64,000 bases of DNA. Origin: Acidimicrobiia bacterium (GTDB lineage Bacteria; Actinomycetota; Acidimicrobiia; IMCC26256; PALSA-555). Every line of letters begins with the position of its first letter. Position 1 is the stretch's first letter. The position numbers were made by a program, and so were the translations under genes. The notes under the pieces are model-generated. The model saw only the letters and a program-made list of their open reading frames with translations, was not told where the DNA came from and searched no databases. Positions 1 to 11,893 of the stretch are shown here, piece by piece. The stretch is taken from assembly GCA_040881685.1 (NCBI GenBank), contig JBBECS010000002.1, positions 105,287 to 169,286 on the forward strand, read 5' to 3'.

Positions 1-1185
1 CAGCGTCAGCAAGAGGCAGAGCCGGATCACCGTGTAGAGCGTTGCAAAGGTGCGGCCCCGTAGCTCGTCTTCGACACTCTCTTGGAGCGTCGTGAAGCCG
101 GTGACATACGACATGCCGGCGCACGCGCCGACCAGCGCTATGGCCAGAGCGGAGAGGAACAGCCACGAGAACGTCGCACCCACAACGAGGAATACACCCG
201 TTGCCATGACCGAGAGCTCGAACACGAGCTCGCGCTTGACCCGACGTTGGAACGCCAGCAGCGAGACCACGCCGACAGCCGCGCCGAAGCCGAGCGCGGT
301 CTGCAACACGCCGAAGGTCGCACTGTCGCCACCCAAGCCTTGACGCGCGAACACCGGACCGAGGGGGATCATCGCTCCCGCCCCGATCAGCCCGGTCCCC
401 AACCCGATGATCACACCGCGCACTCTCGGATGCGTGGCGATGTAGGCAAGACCCTCTCGGATGTCACGAACCGTCTGCATCCAATCGGGGCGCCGCTCGC
501 GCTTCTCGCGTTCGTGCGGGATGGGAAGCCTCCACACGATCGCCGCCGACACGAGGAAGGTGAACGCGTCGAAGATCAGCGCGAGCACCTCCTGATCGAG
601 CCGCAGGCCGGAGAGCGCGTCGAAGTCGGCGAGCCATCCGGCCAGGGAAGCGAGGAGCACGAAGATGATCGAGGCGAACGGGAACGTCCCGAACGACGCC
701 ACGAGCGTGACGGTGTTGACCGACGTCAGGTGCTCGCGGTCGACGAGGTTGGGCACAGAGGCGTCCTTCGCGGGACCCCACAACAAGGTGAGGATCTCCA
801 GCCCGAAGGAGATCAGCACCAGTCCGAGCAGGTTCTCGACGAAGGGGAGCGCGGCGAGCAGCGACGCGCGACCGATGTCGCAGAAGACCATCACCTTGCG
901 CCGGTCGAGGCGGTCGATGATCACGCCGCCGACCGTGGCGAGGAAGAACCCCGGCACGACCCGCGCCACCATGACGAGGCTGACCGCCGCGCCCGAGTTG
1001 TCGGAGATGCGAGTTGCGATCGCGAGGACGGCGAACAGCCCGAGCCAGTCGCCGGTGCTGGACGCCACTTGCGCCAACCACAAGCGGAAGTACTCGCGCG
1101 TCCCGAAGATCCGCAGGAAGTTCGAGAGAGGCGGTTCGTCCTTGGTGTGTGCCGGAACGAACGGCGCCGGCGGGTCTTCGCTCAC
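1..1185 (-). CDS. MFS transporter (3' end runs off the window start)
   Basis: Absent from the ORF track because it is open at the window edge. Reading the minus strand from GTG at 1185 gives VSEDPPAPF..FRLWLAQVASSTGDWLGLFAVLAIATRI..VMVARVVPGFFLATVGGVIIDRLDRRKVM.., with many hydrophobic spans. No stop down to base 1, and strong GC3. Confidence 0.75.
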   Translation of the reverse strand, partial: MSEDPPAPFVPAHTKDEPPLSNFLRIFGTREYFRLWLAQVASSTGDWLGLFAVLAIATRISDNSGAAVSLVMVARVVPGFFLATVGGVIIDRLDRRKVMVFCDIGRASLLAALPFVENLLGLVLISFGLEILTLLWGPAKDASVPNLVDREHLTSVNTVTLVASFGTFPFASIIFVLLASLAGWLADFDALSGLRLDQEVLALIFDAFTFLVSAAIVWRLPIPHEREKRERRPDWMQTVRDIREGLAYIATHPRVRGVIIGLGTGLIGAGAMIPLGPVFARQGLGGDSATFGVLQTALGFGAAVGVVSLLAFQRRVKRELVFELSVMATGVFLVVGATFSWLFLSALAIALVGACAGMSYVTGFTTLQESVEDELRGRTFATLYTVIRLCLLLTL

Positions 1186-1197
1186 GCGCGGGTCAGG

Positions 1198-4017
1198 CTA
1201 GAGGGTGCTCTCTGGCTGATCTTCGTCGGTGGGAGGTGGCGCCAGTGGAACCGGCGGATCTGCGAGGACCGGCACCGCGGCCTTCTTCGCCGGTGACTTC
1301 TTCTTGGCGCGCTTCTTGGCGGCCTTCGACGTGCCCTTCTTCACCACTCTCTTGGTCGTCTTCGGCGGACCTGAGCGCTTCGCCGGACGCTTGGTGGCTG
1401 GTCCGCGGGCTTCGCGCTCACGCAGCAGCTCGACGGCCTGGTCGAGATCGATCGATGCCGGCTCGACCCCGCGAGGGACGGTGGCGTTGATCGACCCGTC
1501 CGTGACGTAGGGGCCGAAGCGGCCGTCGAGCACGCGCACCGACGCGCCGCTCTCCGGATGCGGCCCGAGGTCGGCGATGGGAGGCTTGGCCGCGCGGCCG
1601 CGCCGCCGCTTCGGCTGGGCGAAGAGCACCTCCGCTTGCTCGAGCGTGACCGTGAAGAGCTGCTCCTCGGCGTCGAGGCTCCGACTGTCGTCGCCCTTCT
1701 TGAGGTATGGGCCGTAGCGCCCGTTCAACGCGCTGACCTCCTCGCCAGAGGAGACACCAACGACGCGCGGCAGCGCGAGCAGCGCCACCGCCTCGTCGAG
1801 CGTGACGGAGTCGGGCTGCATGCTGGCGAACAGTGATGCCCGCTTCGGCTTGTCCTTGGAGCCGTCCTCCATCTCGCCCAGCTGCACGAACGGGCCATAT
1901 CGACCGGTGAGCGCAAGCACGGGGAGCCCGGTGTCGGGGTCGTTGCCGAGGACCCTGGGCCCACCCGAGCCCCGTTCGATGAGCTCTTCGGCACAGGCGA
2001 TCGTCAGTTCGTCCGGAGGCAGATCGACAGGGACTGGTGCCTTGTCGTCGCCGCGCACGATGCTCGCGCCGTTGTTCCAGACGCGGACGATGATCTCGCG
2101 CCCCTGCGCGTCGTGACCGATGGGGATGGCGTTCACTTCCGCCGGGTCGATCGTGGCGAGGTGCTCGTCGTCTACCAGCTCCCGAAGCCCGGCCTGCCCG
2201 TTCCCGAACCAGAACGTGTGCAACCACTTCTCGGCCTCGGCCTCGCCGCGAGCGATCGCGTCGAGCGCTTCCTCCATCGTGGCGGTGAACTCGTAGTCGA
2301 TGAGGTGCGGGAAGTGGCGTTCGAACAGCTGCTGCTTCGCGAACGCAGTCCATGACGGAACGAGTGCGGTGCCCTTCTTCCAGACATAGTCGCGTCGCAG
2401 CAGCGTGTCGATGACCGCCGCGTACGTGGACGGTCGGCCGATGCCACGCTCCTCGAGCTCCTTCACGAGGCTCGCCTCGGTGTAGCGAGCCGGCGGCTGC
2501 GTGGTGTGACCGGCCGCGTTCAGCTCCTGACACTCGATCGCGTCGCCCTCGGTGAGTGGCGGGAGAATTGACTCGCGGTCTTCGAGCTCGGCGTCAGGAT
2601 CGTCGGCACCCTCCACGTACGCACGTAGGTAGCCGGGGAACTCGATGGTGCGACCCGTGGCGTTGAACACGATTGCGTGCGACCCTCCGGTTCCGTTGGT
2701 GGGCCCAGCTTCGGCCTCGAGACGCGCCGTGACCCGCTGCACGCGCGCGTCCTGCATCTGGGACGCGACCGTCCGCTTCCACACCAGGTCGTACAAGCGC
2801 TTGGCGTCGGTCTTCGAGACCTTGATCTCCGGGTCGCGATCGATGTTCGCACCCACGTCATCGAGGGGCTTCATGGCATCGCCGGCCGGGCGGATGGCTT
2901 CGTGGGCCTCCTGCGCGTTCTTCACCTTGCCCCGGTAGGTACGGGCTTCGGCCGGCAGGTACTCCTTGCCGTACAGCGAGTCGATGCGCGAGCGCGCCGC
3001 CGTGATTGCCTCCCCCGAAAGGTTCGTCGAGTCGGTGCGCATATAGGTGATGTAACCGTTCTCGTACAGCGCCTGGGCCACCGACATGGCCCGAGCCGCG
3101 CTGAAGCCGAGCTTGCGCGCCGCCTCTTGCTGGAGCGTCGACGTGGTGAACGGCGGCTTCGGTCGCTCCGTGACTGCCTTCGTCTCGACCGACCCAACCC
3201 GGAACGCAGCACCATGAAGCTGCTCCGCCAGAGCGGTCGCCTGGGCCTCGTCGAGCAGGGTGACACCGGATCCTTCGGCGAGCTGTCCGGTGGCCGGATC
3301 GAAGTCCTTGCCACTCGCGAGGCGGTTGCCGTCGACGCTCGCGAGGGTGGCCGGGAAGTCAGCGCCGTCGGTTCCGGCCGCGCGGAAGGTTCCCGCCAGG
3401 TCCCAGTAGGTCGCGACCCGGAACGCCATGCGGGCGCGCTCGCGATCCACCACGAGGCAGGACGCGACGCTCTGCACCCGCCCGGCGGAAACGGCGCCGC
3501 CCGCCCGCCGCCGAGCGACGAGGGACATCTCGTAGCCAAAGAGGCGGTCGAGGATCCGGCGGCCTTCCTGGGCCTCGACGAGCTTCATGTCGAGCTCGCG
3601 CCAGTCGGCCAGCGCGGCCTCGATCGCCGGCGCAGTGATCTCGTGGAACACCATGCGCTTGACCGGGACAGATGGCTTGAGGACCTCGAGGACGTGCCAT
3701 GAGATCGCCTCGCCCTCGCGGTCCTCGTCGGTGGCGAGGTACACCTCGCTCGCGTCGGCGAGTGCGGCCTTCAGCGCCTTCACCCGCTCCTTCTTCTGAT
3801 CGGGGACGACGTACACGGGGCGGAAGTGATCCTCGACGTCGATGCCGAGTCGCCGCACGTCCTTGTCAGTGACGCTCTTCGGGACTTCTTTGGCACTGCT
3901 CGGGAGATCGCGCACATGGCCGTAGCTCGCGATGACGCGTACTGCGTCGCGACCAAGGAAACCCTCGATGGTCTTCGCCTTCGCTGGCGACTCGACGATC
4001 ACGAGTGGCTTCGGCAC
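1198..4017 (-). CDS. topA: DNA topoisomerase I with a lysine-rich C-terminal tail
   Basis: 939-aa ORF starting MPKPLVIVESPAKAKTIEGFLG (TOPRIM). Type IA core motifs are present, and the C-terminus is KKxAKK-rich as in actinobacterial TopA. Confidence 0.97.
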   Translation of the reverse strand: MPKPLVIVESPAKAKTIEGFLGRDAVRVIASYGHVRDLPSSAKEVPKSVTDKDVRRLGIDVEDHFRPVYVVPDQKKERVKALKAALADASEVYLATDEDREGEAISWHVLEVLKPSVPVKRMVFHEITAPAIEAALADWRELDMKLVEAQEGRRILDRLFGYEMSLVARRRAGGAVSAGRVQSVASCLVVDRERARMAFRVATYWDLAGTFRAAGTDGADFPATLASVDGNRLASGKDFDPATGQLAEGSGVTLLDEAQATALAEQLHGAAFRVGSVETKAVTERPKPPFTTSTLQQEAARKLGFSAARAMSVAQALYENGYITYMRTDSTNLSGEAITAARSRIDSLYGKEYLPAEARTYRGKVKNAQEAHEAIRPAGDAMKPLDDVGANIDRDPEIKVSKTDAKRLYDLVWKRTVASQMQDARVQRVTARLEAEAGPTNGTGGSHAIVFNATGRTIEFPGYLRAYVEGADDPDAELEDRESILPPLTEGDAIECQELNAAGHTTQPPARYTEASLVKELEERGIGRPSTYAAVIDTLLRRDYVWKKGTALVPSWTAFAKQQLFERHFPHLIDYEFTATMEEALDAIARGEAEAEKWLHTFWFGNGQAGLRELVDDEHLATIDPAEVNAIPIGHDAQGREIIVRVWNNGASIVRGDDKAPVPVDLPPDELTIACAEELIERGSGGPRVLGNDPDTGLPVLALTGRYGPFVQLGEMEDGSKDKPKRASLFASMQPDSVTLDEAVALLALPRVVGVSSGEEVSALNGRYGPYLKKGDDSRSLDAEEQLFTVTLEQAEVLFAQPKRRRGRAAKPPIADLGPHPESGASVRVLDGRFGPYVTDGSINATVPRGVEPASIDLDQAVELLREREARGPATKRPAKRSGPPKTTKRVVKKGTSKAAKKRAKKKSPAKKAAVPVLADPPVPLAPPPTDEDQPESTL

Positions 4018-4178
4018 GTTGTGCTCTCGTTCCTCCTGTTGCGTCCGCGCGAGCGCGCACGGCGGTCAAGTGTGGCCGCTGAGACCGGCAATACCGCGTA
4101 TCCGGGTGGAGACTGTGTGCAGACGGCGGTAGCGCGAGTCAAACGCGCTCCGTTTCGCAACATGGCGCGGCGTCTACA

Positions 4179-4889
4179 GTGCGCCACGTGTTCCCCGGTG
4201 TTCTCGGCATCTTTGGCCTCGATGTCGAGCAGTTGATCGACTCGCTGAGCCCCTACGGCGAGGTGGCCTTGTGGGTCATCGTGTTCGCCGAGACCGGGCT
4301 GCTCATCGGGTTCTTCCTCCCCGGCGACTCTCTGTTGTTCACCGCGGGGATCCTCGCCGGTCAAGGCAAGCTCGACGTCGTCATGCTCGTCATCGGTTGC
4401 TTCGTCGCGGCTGTCGCGGGCGACCAGACGGGCTACACGATCGGGCAACGACTGGGTCCGAGGCTGTTCAGCAAGCCGGAGTCGAGGATCTTCAAGCAGG
4501 AGTACGTAGAGCGCACCAAAGTCTTCTTCGAGAGGCACGGGCCCAAGACGGTCGTGCTGGCTCGCTTCATGCCCATCGTGCGCACGTTCGCGCCCACGCT
4601 GGCCGGCGTCGGTGAGATGCCGCGCCGCGTGTTCCTCAAGTACAACCTCGTCGGCGCGTTGTTATGGGCGGTCGGCATCACGATGCTCGGCTACGCGCTC
4701 GGCGATGTGATCGGTGACGACATCGACACCTATCTGCTTCCGCTGGTCGCCGTCGTCGTGGTGGTCTCGGTGTTACCTCTCGCGCATGAGTGGCGGAGGT
4801 CGCGGCGTACAAAGGCCCACCCCTTGGGCGCCGCGGCGGCGGAGGCCGAAGTCGAAGAGCTGTCGGAGATCCTGGACCCCGACGACTGA
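4179..4889 (+). CDS. DedA/SNARE-associated family membrane protein
   Basis: 236-aa ORF with VFAETGLLIGFFLPGDSLLFTAGILAG and ARFMPIVRTFAP motifs and several TM spans. Confidence 0.88.
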   Translation: MRHVFPGVLGIFGLDVEQLIDSLSPYGEVALWVIVFAETGLLIGFFLPGDSLLFTAGILAGQGKLDVVMLVIGCFVAAVAGDQTGYTIGQRLGPRLFSKPESRIFKQEYVERTKVFFERHGPKTVVLARFMPIVRTFAPTLAGVGEMPRRVFLKYNLVGALLWAVGITMLGYALGDVIGDDIDTYLLPLVAVVVVVSVLPLAHEWRRSRRTKAHPLGAAAAEAEVEELSEILDPDD

Positions 4890-4909
4890 TCTCGGTCGCT
4901 CGCTGCGGT

Positions 4910-7261
<2,352 letters not shown>

Positions 7262-7321
7262 TTCGGCGGGGACTCCCTCTCCGGCGAACTTTTCGGCCGC
7301 TGGAAACTAGTCCAACCTGCT

Positions 7322-7400
7322 TCGGTCGCTCCCTATGGGCCGGGGTACCCGGCCCATGGCCGGTCCCTCCCTGGGCGAGCGCCCTTCCGCTTCGCTTCAG
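7322..7400 (+). repeat. Intergenic repeat copy 1 (hairpin ATGGGCCGG-GGTAC-CCGGCCCAT, then CCCTGGGCGAGC)
   Basis: Aligns by eye with 27005-27080 and 42545-42625. Lies between the permease stop (7411) and the hppA start (7261). Confidence 0.6.
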
Positions 7401-7410
7401 GCGCCGCGAC

Positions 7411-9339
7411 CTACTCCACGTGGTATGGGACGGAGGTCACGACCGTGCCCTTCCGGAAGAGCAGGCGCCCCTTGAGGAAGAGCGCGCTCTGGTTGTGGAG
7501 GAGATGCTCCCACCAGCGGCGGACGACGAACTCCGGGATCACGATGGTGATCACGTCGTTGCTCCACTGAGCGTCGAGCTCGTCGATGAAGTCCAGGATC
7601 GGGCGGCTCATCTCCCGATAAGGGTTGTAGACGGTCTCGAGCGGGACATCGATGCCGAACTCCGCCCACTGCTCCCGGATCGCTTCATCCTCTTCTTCAT
7701 CGCTGACCACGCTGACCGCGATGAGGTGGCTCGGGTTCAAGGCCTTGGCGTAAGAGATCGCGTTGAGCACGCCCTTGTGCACGCGACCGACGAGCACCAC
7801 CACCGTGTTGTTCCACGGGCGAGGTCGATACCCGGGCTCGACCTTCAAGGCGGCGCCGACCTTCCGGTAGTGACCCTTGATCCCCTTGAAGAGGAGGATG
7901 ATGAGCGCCATCACGAGGATCGAGACCCAAGCGCCGCTCGCGAACTTGGTGATACCGATGATCAGCGTCACGACGCCGGTCGCGACGGAACCCACGCCGT
8001 TGATGACGATGTGGCGCTTCCAGCCTTCTTCTCGTTCCTTCTGGTGGTGCCGGACCATCCCGGCTTGGGAGAGCGTGAACGACGTGAACACGCCGACGGC
8101 ATAGAGAGGGATCAATGCGTTGGTCGTTCCCCCGAACGCGACGAGGAGCACGGCCGCGGCGCCGGCGAGCACGATGACGCCGTTGGAGAACACGAGACGG
8201 TCGCCCCGATTGGCGAGCTGGCGGGGCAGGTAGCCGTCGCGGGCGATGATCGACGACAACCGAGGGAAGTCGGCGTAGGCGGTGTTCGCGGCGAGGACGA
8301 GGATCACCGCCGTTGCGATCTGGAGCACGAAGAAGATCGCGCCGTTGCCGAACACCTGGAGGCCCAACTGCGCAAGGACGGTCTTCTCGTGGCTCGGGTA
8401 TGGGCGCAGCTCGTGCGCGAGCACCGACACCCCCATGAAGAGGGTGCCGAGGATGATCGCCATCCAGGTGAGCGTGGCTGCCGCATTCTTCGACTCGGGC
8501 CTCCGGAACGCGGGGACGCCGTTCGAGATGGCTTCGACACCAGAAAGCGCGACCGCGCCCGACGAGAAGCCCTTGAGGATCAGGAAGATCCCGAGCGTCC
8601 CACCCGCACGCGCCGTGCCGTCGACCGCCTCGAACGCGTGCCGGTCGAACGGCACATGTCCGATGTCGTTCTCGACGAAGACGCGATACAGCCCGTACAC
8701 GATGAGCCCGGCGAGCGTCAGGATGTAGAGGTACGTCGGAGCGGCGAAGAGCCGGCCCGACTCCTTGATCCCGCGCAGGTTCATCAGGGTGATGAAGAGG
8801 ATCAGCCCGAGTCCGAGCTCGACGCGCTTGTCCGCGAGGTCGTGGAACTCGGGGATCGAGATGATGGCCGCGACTCCGGCCGAGATGGAGACGGCGACCG
8901 TGAGGATGTAGTCCACCAAGAGCGACGCGCCCGCGAGGAGTGACGGGTTCTCGCCCAGGTTCTCGCGGCTGACGACATAGCTCCCGCCACCACTCGGGTA
9001 GGCGAAGATCGTCTGGCGGTACGAGAACGCGACGATGGCAAGGAGCAGCGCGACGGCGATCGCGATCGGGATCAGCGTGTTGAGGCCGAGGAGCAGGCTC
9101 GACCCGGCGATGGCGACGACGAACAGGATCTCCTCCGTCGCGTACGCGGTGGACGAGATGGCGTCGGAGGAGAAGACCGCGAGCGCAATGATCTTGGGAA
9201 TGCGCTGTTCCTCTTGCTGCGCGGTCGAGATCGGCCGTCCGACCAGCAGCCTCTTCACCAATGCCAAGGAATCCGCCCTCCAGGACGCGCGCTGATCGAG
9301 TCCGCTCAATCCGCTTCGCTCGCCGAGCGTCGATAGCAT
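7411..9339 (-). CDS. APC-superfamily permease with a cytoplasmic C-terminal domain (Rv2690c-like)
   Basis: Polytopic ORF. The start is chosen at MLSTLGERSG (ATG 9339) because the longer 9420 start would overlap the divergent trkA. Conserved neighbourhood with two trkA genes. Confidence 0.82.
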   Translation of the reverse strand: MLSTLGERSGLSGLDQRASWRADSLALVKRLLVGRPISTAQQEEQRIPKIIALAVFSSDAISSTAYATEEILFVVAIAGSSLLLGLNTLIPIAIAVALLLAIVAFSYRQTIFAYPSGGGSYVVSRENLGENPSLLAGASLLVDYILTVAVSISAGVAAIISIPEFHDLADKRVELGLGLILFITLMNLRGIKESGRLFAAPTYLYILTLAGLIVYGLYRVFVENDIGHVPFDRHAFEAVDGTARAGGTLGIFLILKGFSSGAVALSGVEAISNGVPAFRRPESKNAAATLTWMAIILGTLFMGVSVLAHELRPYPSHEKTVLAQLGLQVFGNGAIFFVLQIATAVILVLAANTAYADFPRLSSIIARDGYLPRQLANRGDRLVFSNGVIVLAGAAAVLLVAFGGTTNALIPLYAVGVFTSFTLSQAGMVRHHQKEREEGWKRHIVINGVGSVATGVVTLIIGITKFASGAWVSILVMALIILLFKGIKGHYRKVGAALKVEPGYRPRPWNNTVVVLVGRVHKGVLNAISYAKALNPSHLIAVSVVSDEEEDEAIREQWAEFGIDVPLETVYNPYREMSRPILDFIDELDAQWSNDVITIVIPEFVVRRWWEHLLHNQSALFLKGRLLFRKGTVVTSVPYHVE

Positions 9340-9367
9340 CGCAGACAGGTCCGAGCAGGAGGCGAAC

Positions 9368-10030
9368 GTGCACGTCGTGGTGGTCGGCTGCGGTCGGGTT
9401 GGCAGTGAGCTGGCTGGCAACCTCGAGAAGGCCGGTCACTCCGTCGCCATCATCGACAAGAACGCCACCGCGTTCCGGCGTCTCCCCTCCACCTTTGCCG
9501 GGCAGAAGATCGTCGGCTTCGGGTTCGACCGCGACCACCTGCTCGAGGCAGGCATTGAGCGCGCTGACGCCGTCGCCGCGGTGACGAGCGGAGACAACTC
9601 CAACATCCTCTCGGCTCGCATCGCGCGCGAGAACTTCGGGATCGACCACGTGGTCGCCCGCATCTACGACCCACGGCGTGCGCTCATCTACCAACGGCTC
9701 GGGATCCCCACCGTTGCAACCGTCCGCTGGACGACCGACCAGGTGATGCGGCGCCTGCTCCCGGAAGACGAGCAGACCCACGAGTGGATGGACCCGAGCG
9801 GCAAGGTGTGCCTGGCTGACTTCGAGATCCCGACGAAGTGGTGCGGCAAGAAGCTCGCCGGGCTCAACGAACCGGGCCGGTTCTGGTTGACGGCCGTCAC
9901 GCGCTTCGGCAATGCCGAGGTGGTCGATACGAACTTGGTCGGCCAGGAAGGCGACGTGCTTCATTTCGTGATCGCGGTGACCGAGCTCGTGGCGTTGCGT
10001 GCTCGTTTCGATGAAGGTCCGGGGGCGTAG
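9368..10030 (+). CDS. trkA: TrkA-family potassium uptake protein (NAD-binding plus TrkA-C)
   Basis: 220 aa with VVVGCGRVGSELA Rossmann motif. AGGAGG lies 6 nt upstream of GTG 9368. Confidence 0.9.
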   Translation: MHVVVVGCGRVGSELAGNLEKAGHSVAIIDKNATAFRRLPSTFAGQKIVGFGFDRDHLLEAGIERADAVAAVTSGDNSNILSARIARENFGIDHVVARIYDPRRALIYQRLGIPTVATVRWTTDQVMRRLLPEDEQTHEWMDPSGKVCLADFEIPTKWCGKKLAGLNEPGRFWLTAVTRFGNAEVVDTNLVGQEGDVLHFVIAVTELVALRARFDEGPGA

Positions 10031-10032
10031 CC

Positions 10033-10695
10033 ATGCGGGTCGCGATCGCAGGAGCCGGCGCCGTCGGCCTCTACATCGCTGATGATCTCCTTTCGAACGG
10101 GCACGAGGTCCTGATCATCGAGCAGCAGCCCGCCGTGCGAGAACGCTCGGTCACGGCCGAGGGCGTCGAGTGGGTGATCGCCGACGCCTGCGAGGTGTCC
10201 TCTCTCCGCGACGCGGGGCTCGAGCGATGTGACGTCGTGGTCGCGGCGACCGGCGACGACGAGGACAACCTCGTCGTCTCGCTGCTCGCCAAGACCGAGT
10301 TCGCGGTGCCGCGCGTCATCGCACGGGTCAACCATCCCAAGAACGAGTGGTTGTTCAACGAGAACTGGGGCGTGGACATGTCGGTGTCGACCCCCCACCT
10401 CATCACCGCGCTCGTGGAGGAGGCGGTGACCGTCGGTCGACTGGTCCGGATCCTCCAGTTCGAGGGCGGCCAGGCCCGGCTCGTCGAGGCGACCCTGGCC
10501 GAGGATTCGCCCGTCGTCGGCAAGGCCATCTCCGAGATCGACGTTCCCCGCGATGCAACCTTCGTAGCGGTGGTGCGCGACGAGCACGTGGTGATGCCCC
10601 GCGGCGACACCGTGTTCCAGGCCGGCGACGAGGTGCTCGCGATGGTGACGCCCACCTCCGAAGAGGAAGTCCGCCGAATCCTCGAGGGCGGCTAG
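10033..10695 (+). CDS. trkA: TrkA-family potassium uptake protein, second paralogue
   Basis: 220 aa with AIAGAGAVGLYIA Rossmann motif. Begins 2 nt after the preceding stop. Confidence 0.9.
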   Translation: MRVAIAGAGAVGLYIADDLLSNGHEVLIIEQQPAVRERSVTAEGVEWVIADACEVSSLRDAGLERCDVVVAATGDDEDNLVVSLLAKTEFAVPRVIARVNHPKNEWLFNENWGVDMSVSTPHLITALVEEAVTVGRLVRILQFEGGQARLVEATLAEDSPVVGKAISEIDVPRDATFVAVVRDEHVVMPRGDTVFQAGDEVLAMVTPTSEEEVRRILEGG

Positions 10696-10701
10696 CTCTC
10701 C

Positions 10702-11055
10702 CTACGGGAACAGCGTGTAGAGGGGATTGAAGATCAGGTAGCGCTTGCCGTTCTGACCGACGACGCCTTCGATTGCCACTTTGCGACCGGGGGCGATGCC
10801 GGGGATCTTGCGTCGGCCGAGGAAGACCGCAGTGGTCGTGCCGCGACCGTCGGTGATCGCCACCTCGAGTGCCGGCGCGCCGGCTCGCGGAACCACGCGC
10901 ACCGACCGGACCTCTCCGCCCACCCGCACCTGGGTCCTGACCACGATGTCGGTCATCGGCGTGAGGCCGCAGCCGTCGCAGAACCCGGTCAACTGCTCGC
11001 GATCGAGCTCCTGCACCGGTGTTCTCAGCCGCCGAACGGCGCGCTTGAGCTCCAT
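10702..11055 (-). CDS. OB-fold nucleic-acid-binding domain protein (Rv2694c-like)
   Basis: Only the last 117 codons of the 632-aa track ORF look coding: MELKRAVRRLRTPVQELDREQLT..RKVAIEGVVGQNGKRYLIFNPLYTLFP. Upstream of this the frame is S/T/P/R-rich junk. Confidence 0.6.
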   Translation of the reverse strand: MELKRAVRRLRTPVQELDREQLTGFCDGCGLTPMTDIVVRTQVRVGGEVRSVRVVPRAGAPALEVAITDGRGTTTAVFLGRRKIPGIAPGRKVAIEGVVGQNGKRYLIFNPLYTLFP

Positions 11056-11122
11056 GTCCACCACCGTAGGCGCCCGGCAACGTATCGGGTACGACGATGA
11101 CGTGTCATAGGCTGGCTGCGCG

Positions 11123-11893
11123 ATGTCGTTCCCCCCTCCGCCGCCGCGGCGAAACGCGCCCGGCGCCACTTCGCCGACTTCCGTTCCCGCCCCTCCGCCG
11201 GTTGATCCCGACGCGCGTGCCGCGCGCCGGGCCGAGGAGGGCGGATCGAGCCGTCGTCGCACCGCGTTGTGGATCGTCGCGAGCGTTGCCGTCGTGGCGA
11301 TGATCGTTGGCGGTCTCGTCGTTGCCCTCGGAGGCGGAGGCAAGGAGCTCGACACGTCGACCACGGTCGAGCTCGAGCTCGGTGAGATCGGCGTGGAGAG
11401 CGTCGCGACCTTGAAGGAAACCGACTTCCCGCCGGAAGCGCGCCAGGCGGTGCTCGCGACGATCGGCCAGTACGTCGACGAGGGAACCGCCGTGCCCTTG
11501 CGCAAGCGCAAGGCCGATGAAACCAAGCTCGCCGAGATCTTCGACCAGGCGGCAGTAGTACGGCTCGCCGGAACCGACCGGTCGCTCCTGCTGGATGAGG
11601 GGTTGCCGAAGGTGGTTGGCAAGGTGACGGTGACCTCGCCACCGGTCGCGCTGATCGCATTGTCCGATGCGAACGGCGAGGTGCTCCTGGTGAGCGCAGA
11701 AGTGGACTTCGCGGTCAAGGCGCGGGCGCAGCGCGGTGTGATCACCGTGCAGCGCACCGGAACCCTGGTGCTCACCCCACAGTCCGACGGCTCGTGGAAG
11801 ATCACCGGCTGGACACTGCACGTCGAGCGGGGCGGCCCGGGCGTCGCCGCGTCCCCCACCGCTGCCCCCCCGACCGCAACCACGGTGCCCTGA
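11123..11893 (+). CDS. Membrane-anchored hypothetical protein (Pro-rich N-terminus, one TM, extracytoplasmic domain)
   Basis: 256-aa ORF with TM segment ALWIVASVAVVAMIVGGLVVAL. The stop overlaps the start of the next gene (TGATG). Confidence 0.6.
   Translation: MSFPPPPPRRNAPGATSPTSVPAPPPVDPDARAARRAEEGGSSRRRTALWIVASVAVVAMIVGGLVVALGGGGKELDTSTTVELELGEIGVESVATLKETDFPPEARQAVLATIGQYVDEGTAVPLRKRKADETKLAEIFDQAAVVRLAGTDRSLLLDEGLPKVVGKVTVTSPPVALIALSDANGEVLLVSAEVDFAVKARAQRGVITVQRTGTLVLTPQSDGSWKITGWTLHVERGGPGVAASPTAAPPTATTVP

Noticed and set aside
82-1296. 404-aa plus-strand ORF (and the 205-aa and 178-aa ORFs) over the first 1.3 kb
   Set aside because: R/E/D/H-rich, low-complexity translation lying antisense to a much better minus-strand MFS transporter frame. 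This is a typical spurious long ORF of high-GC DNA.
7697-9964. 755-aa minus-strand ORF spanning the permease and trkA
   Set aside because: R/P/G-rich, out of frame with the clearly coding permease (minus) and antisense to trkA (plus). No motifs.
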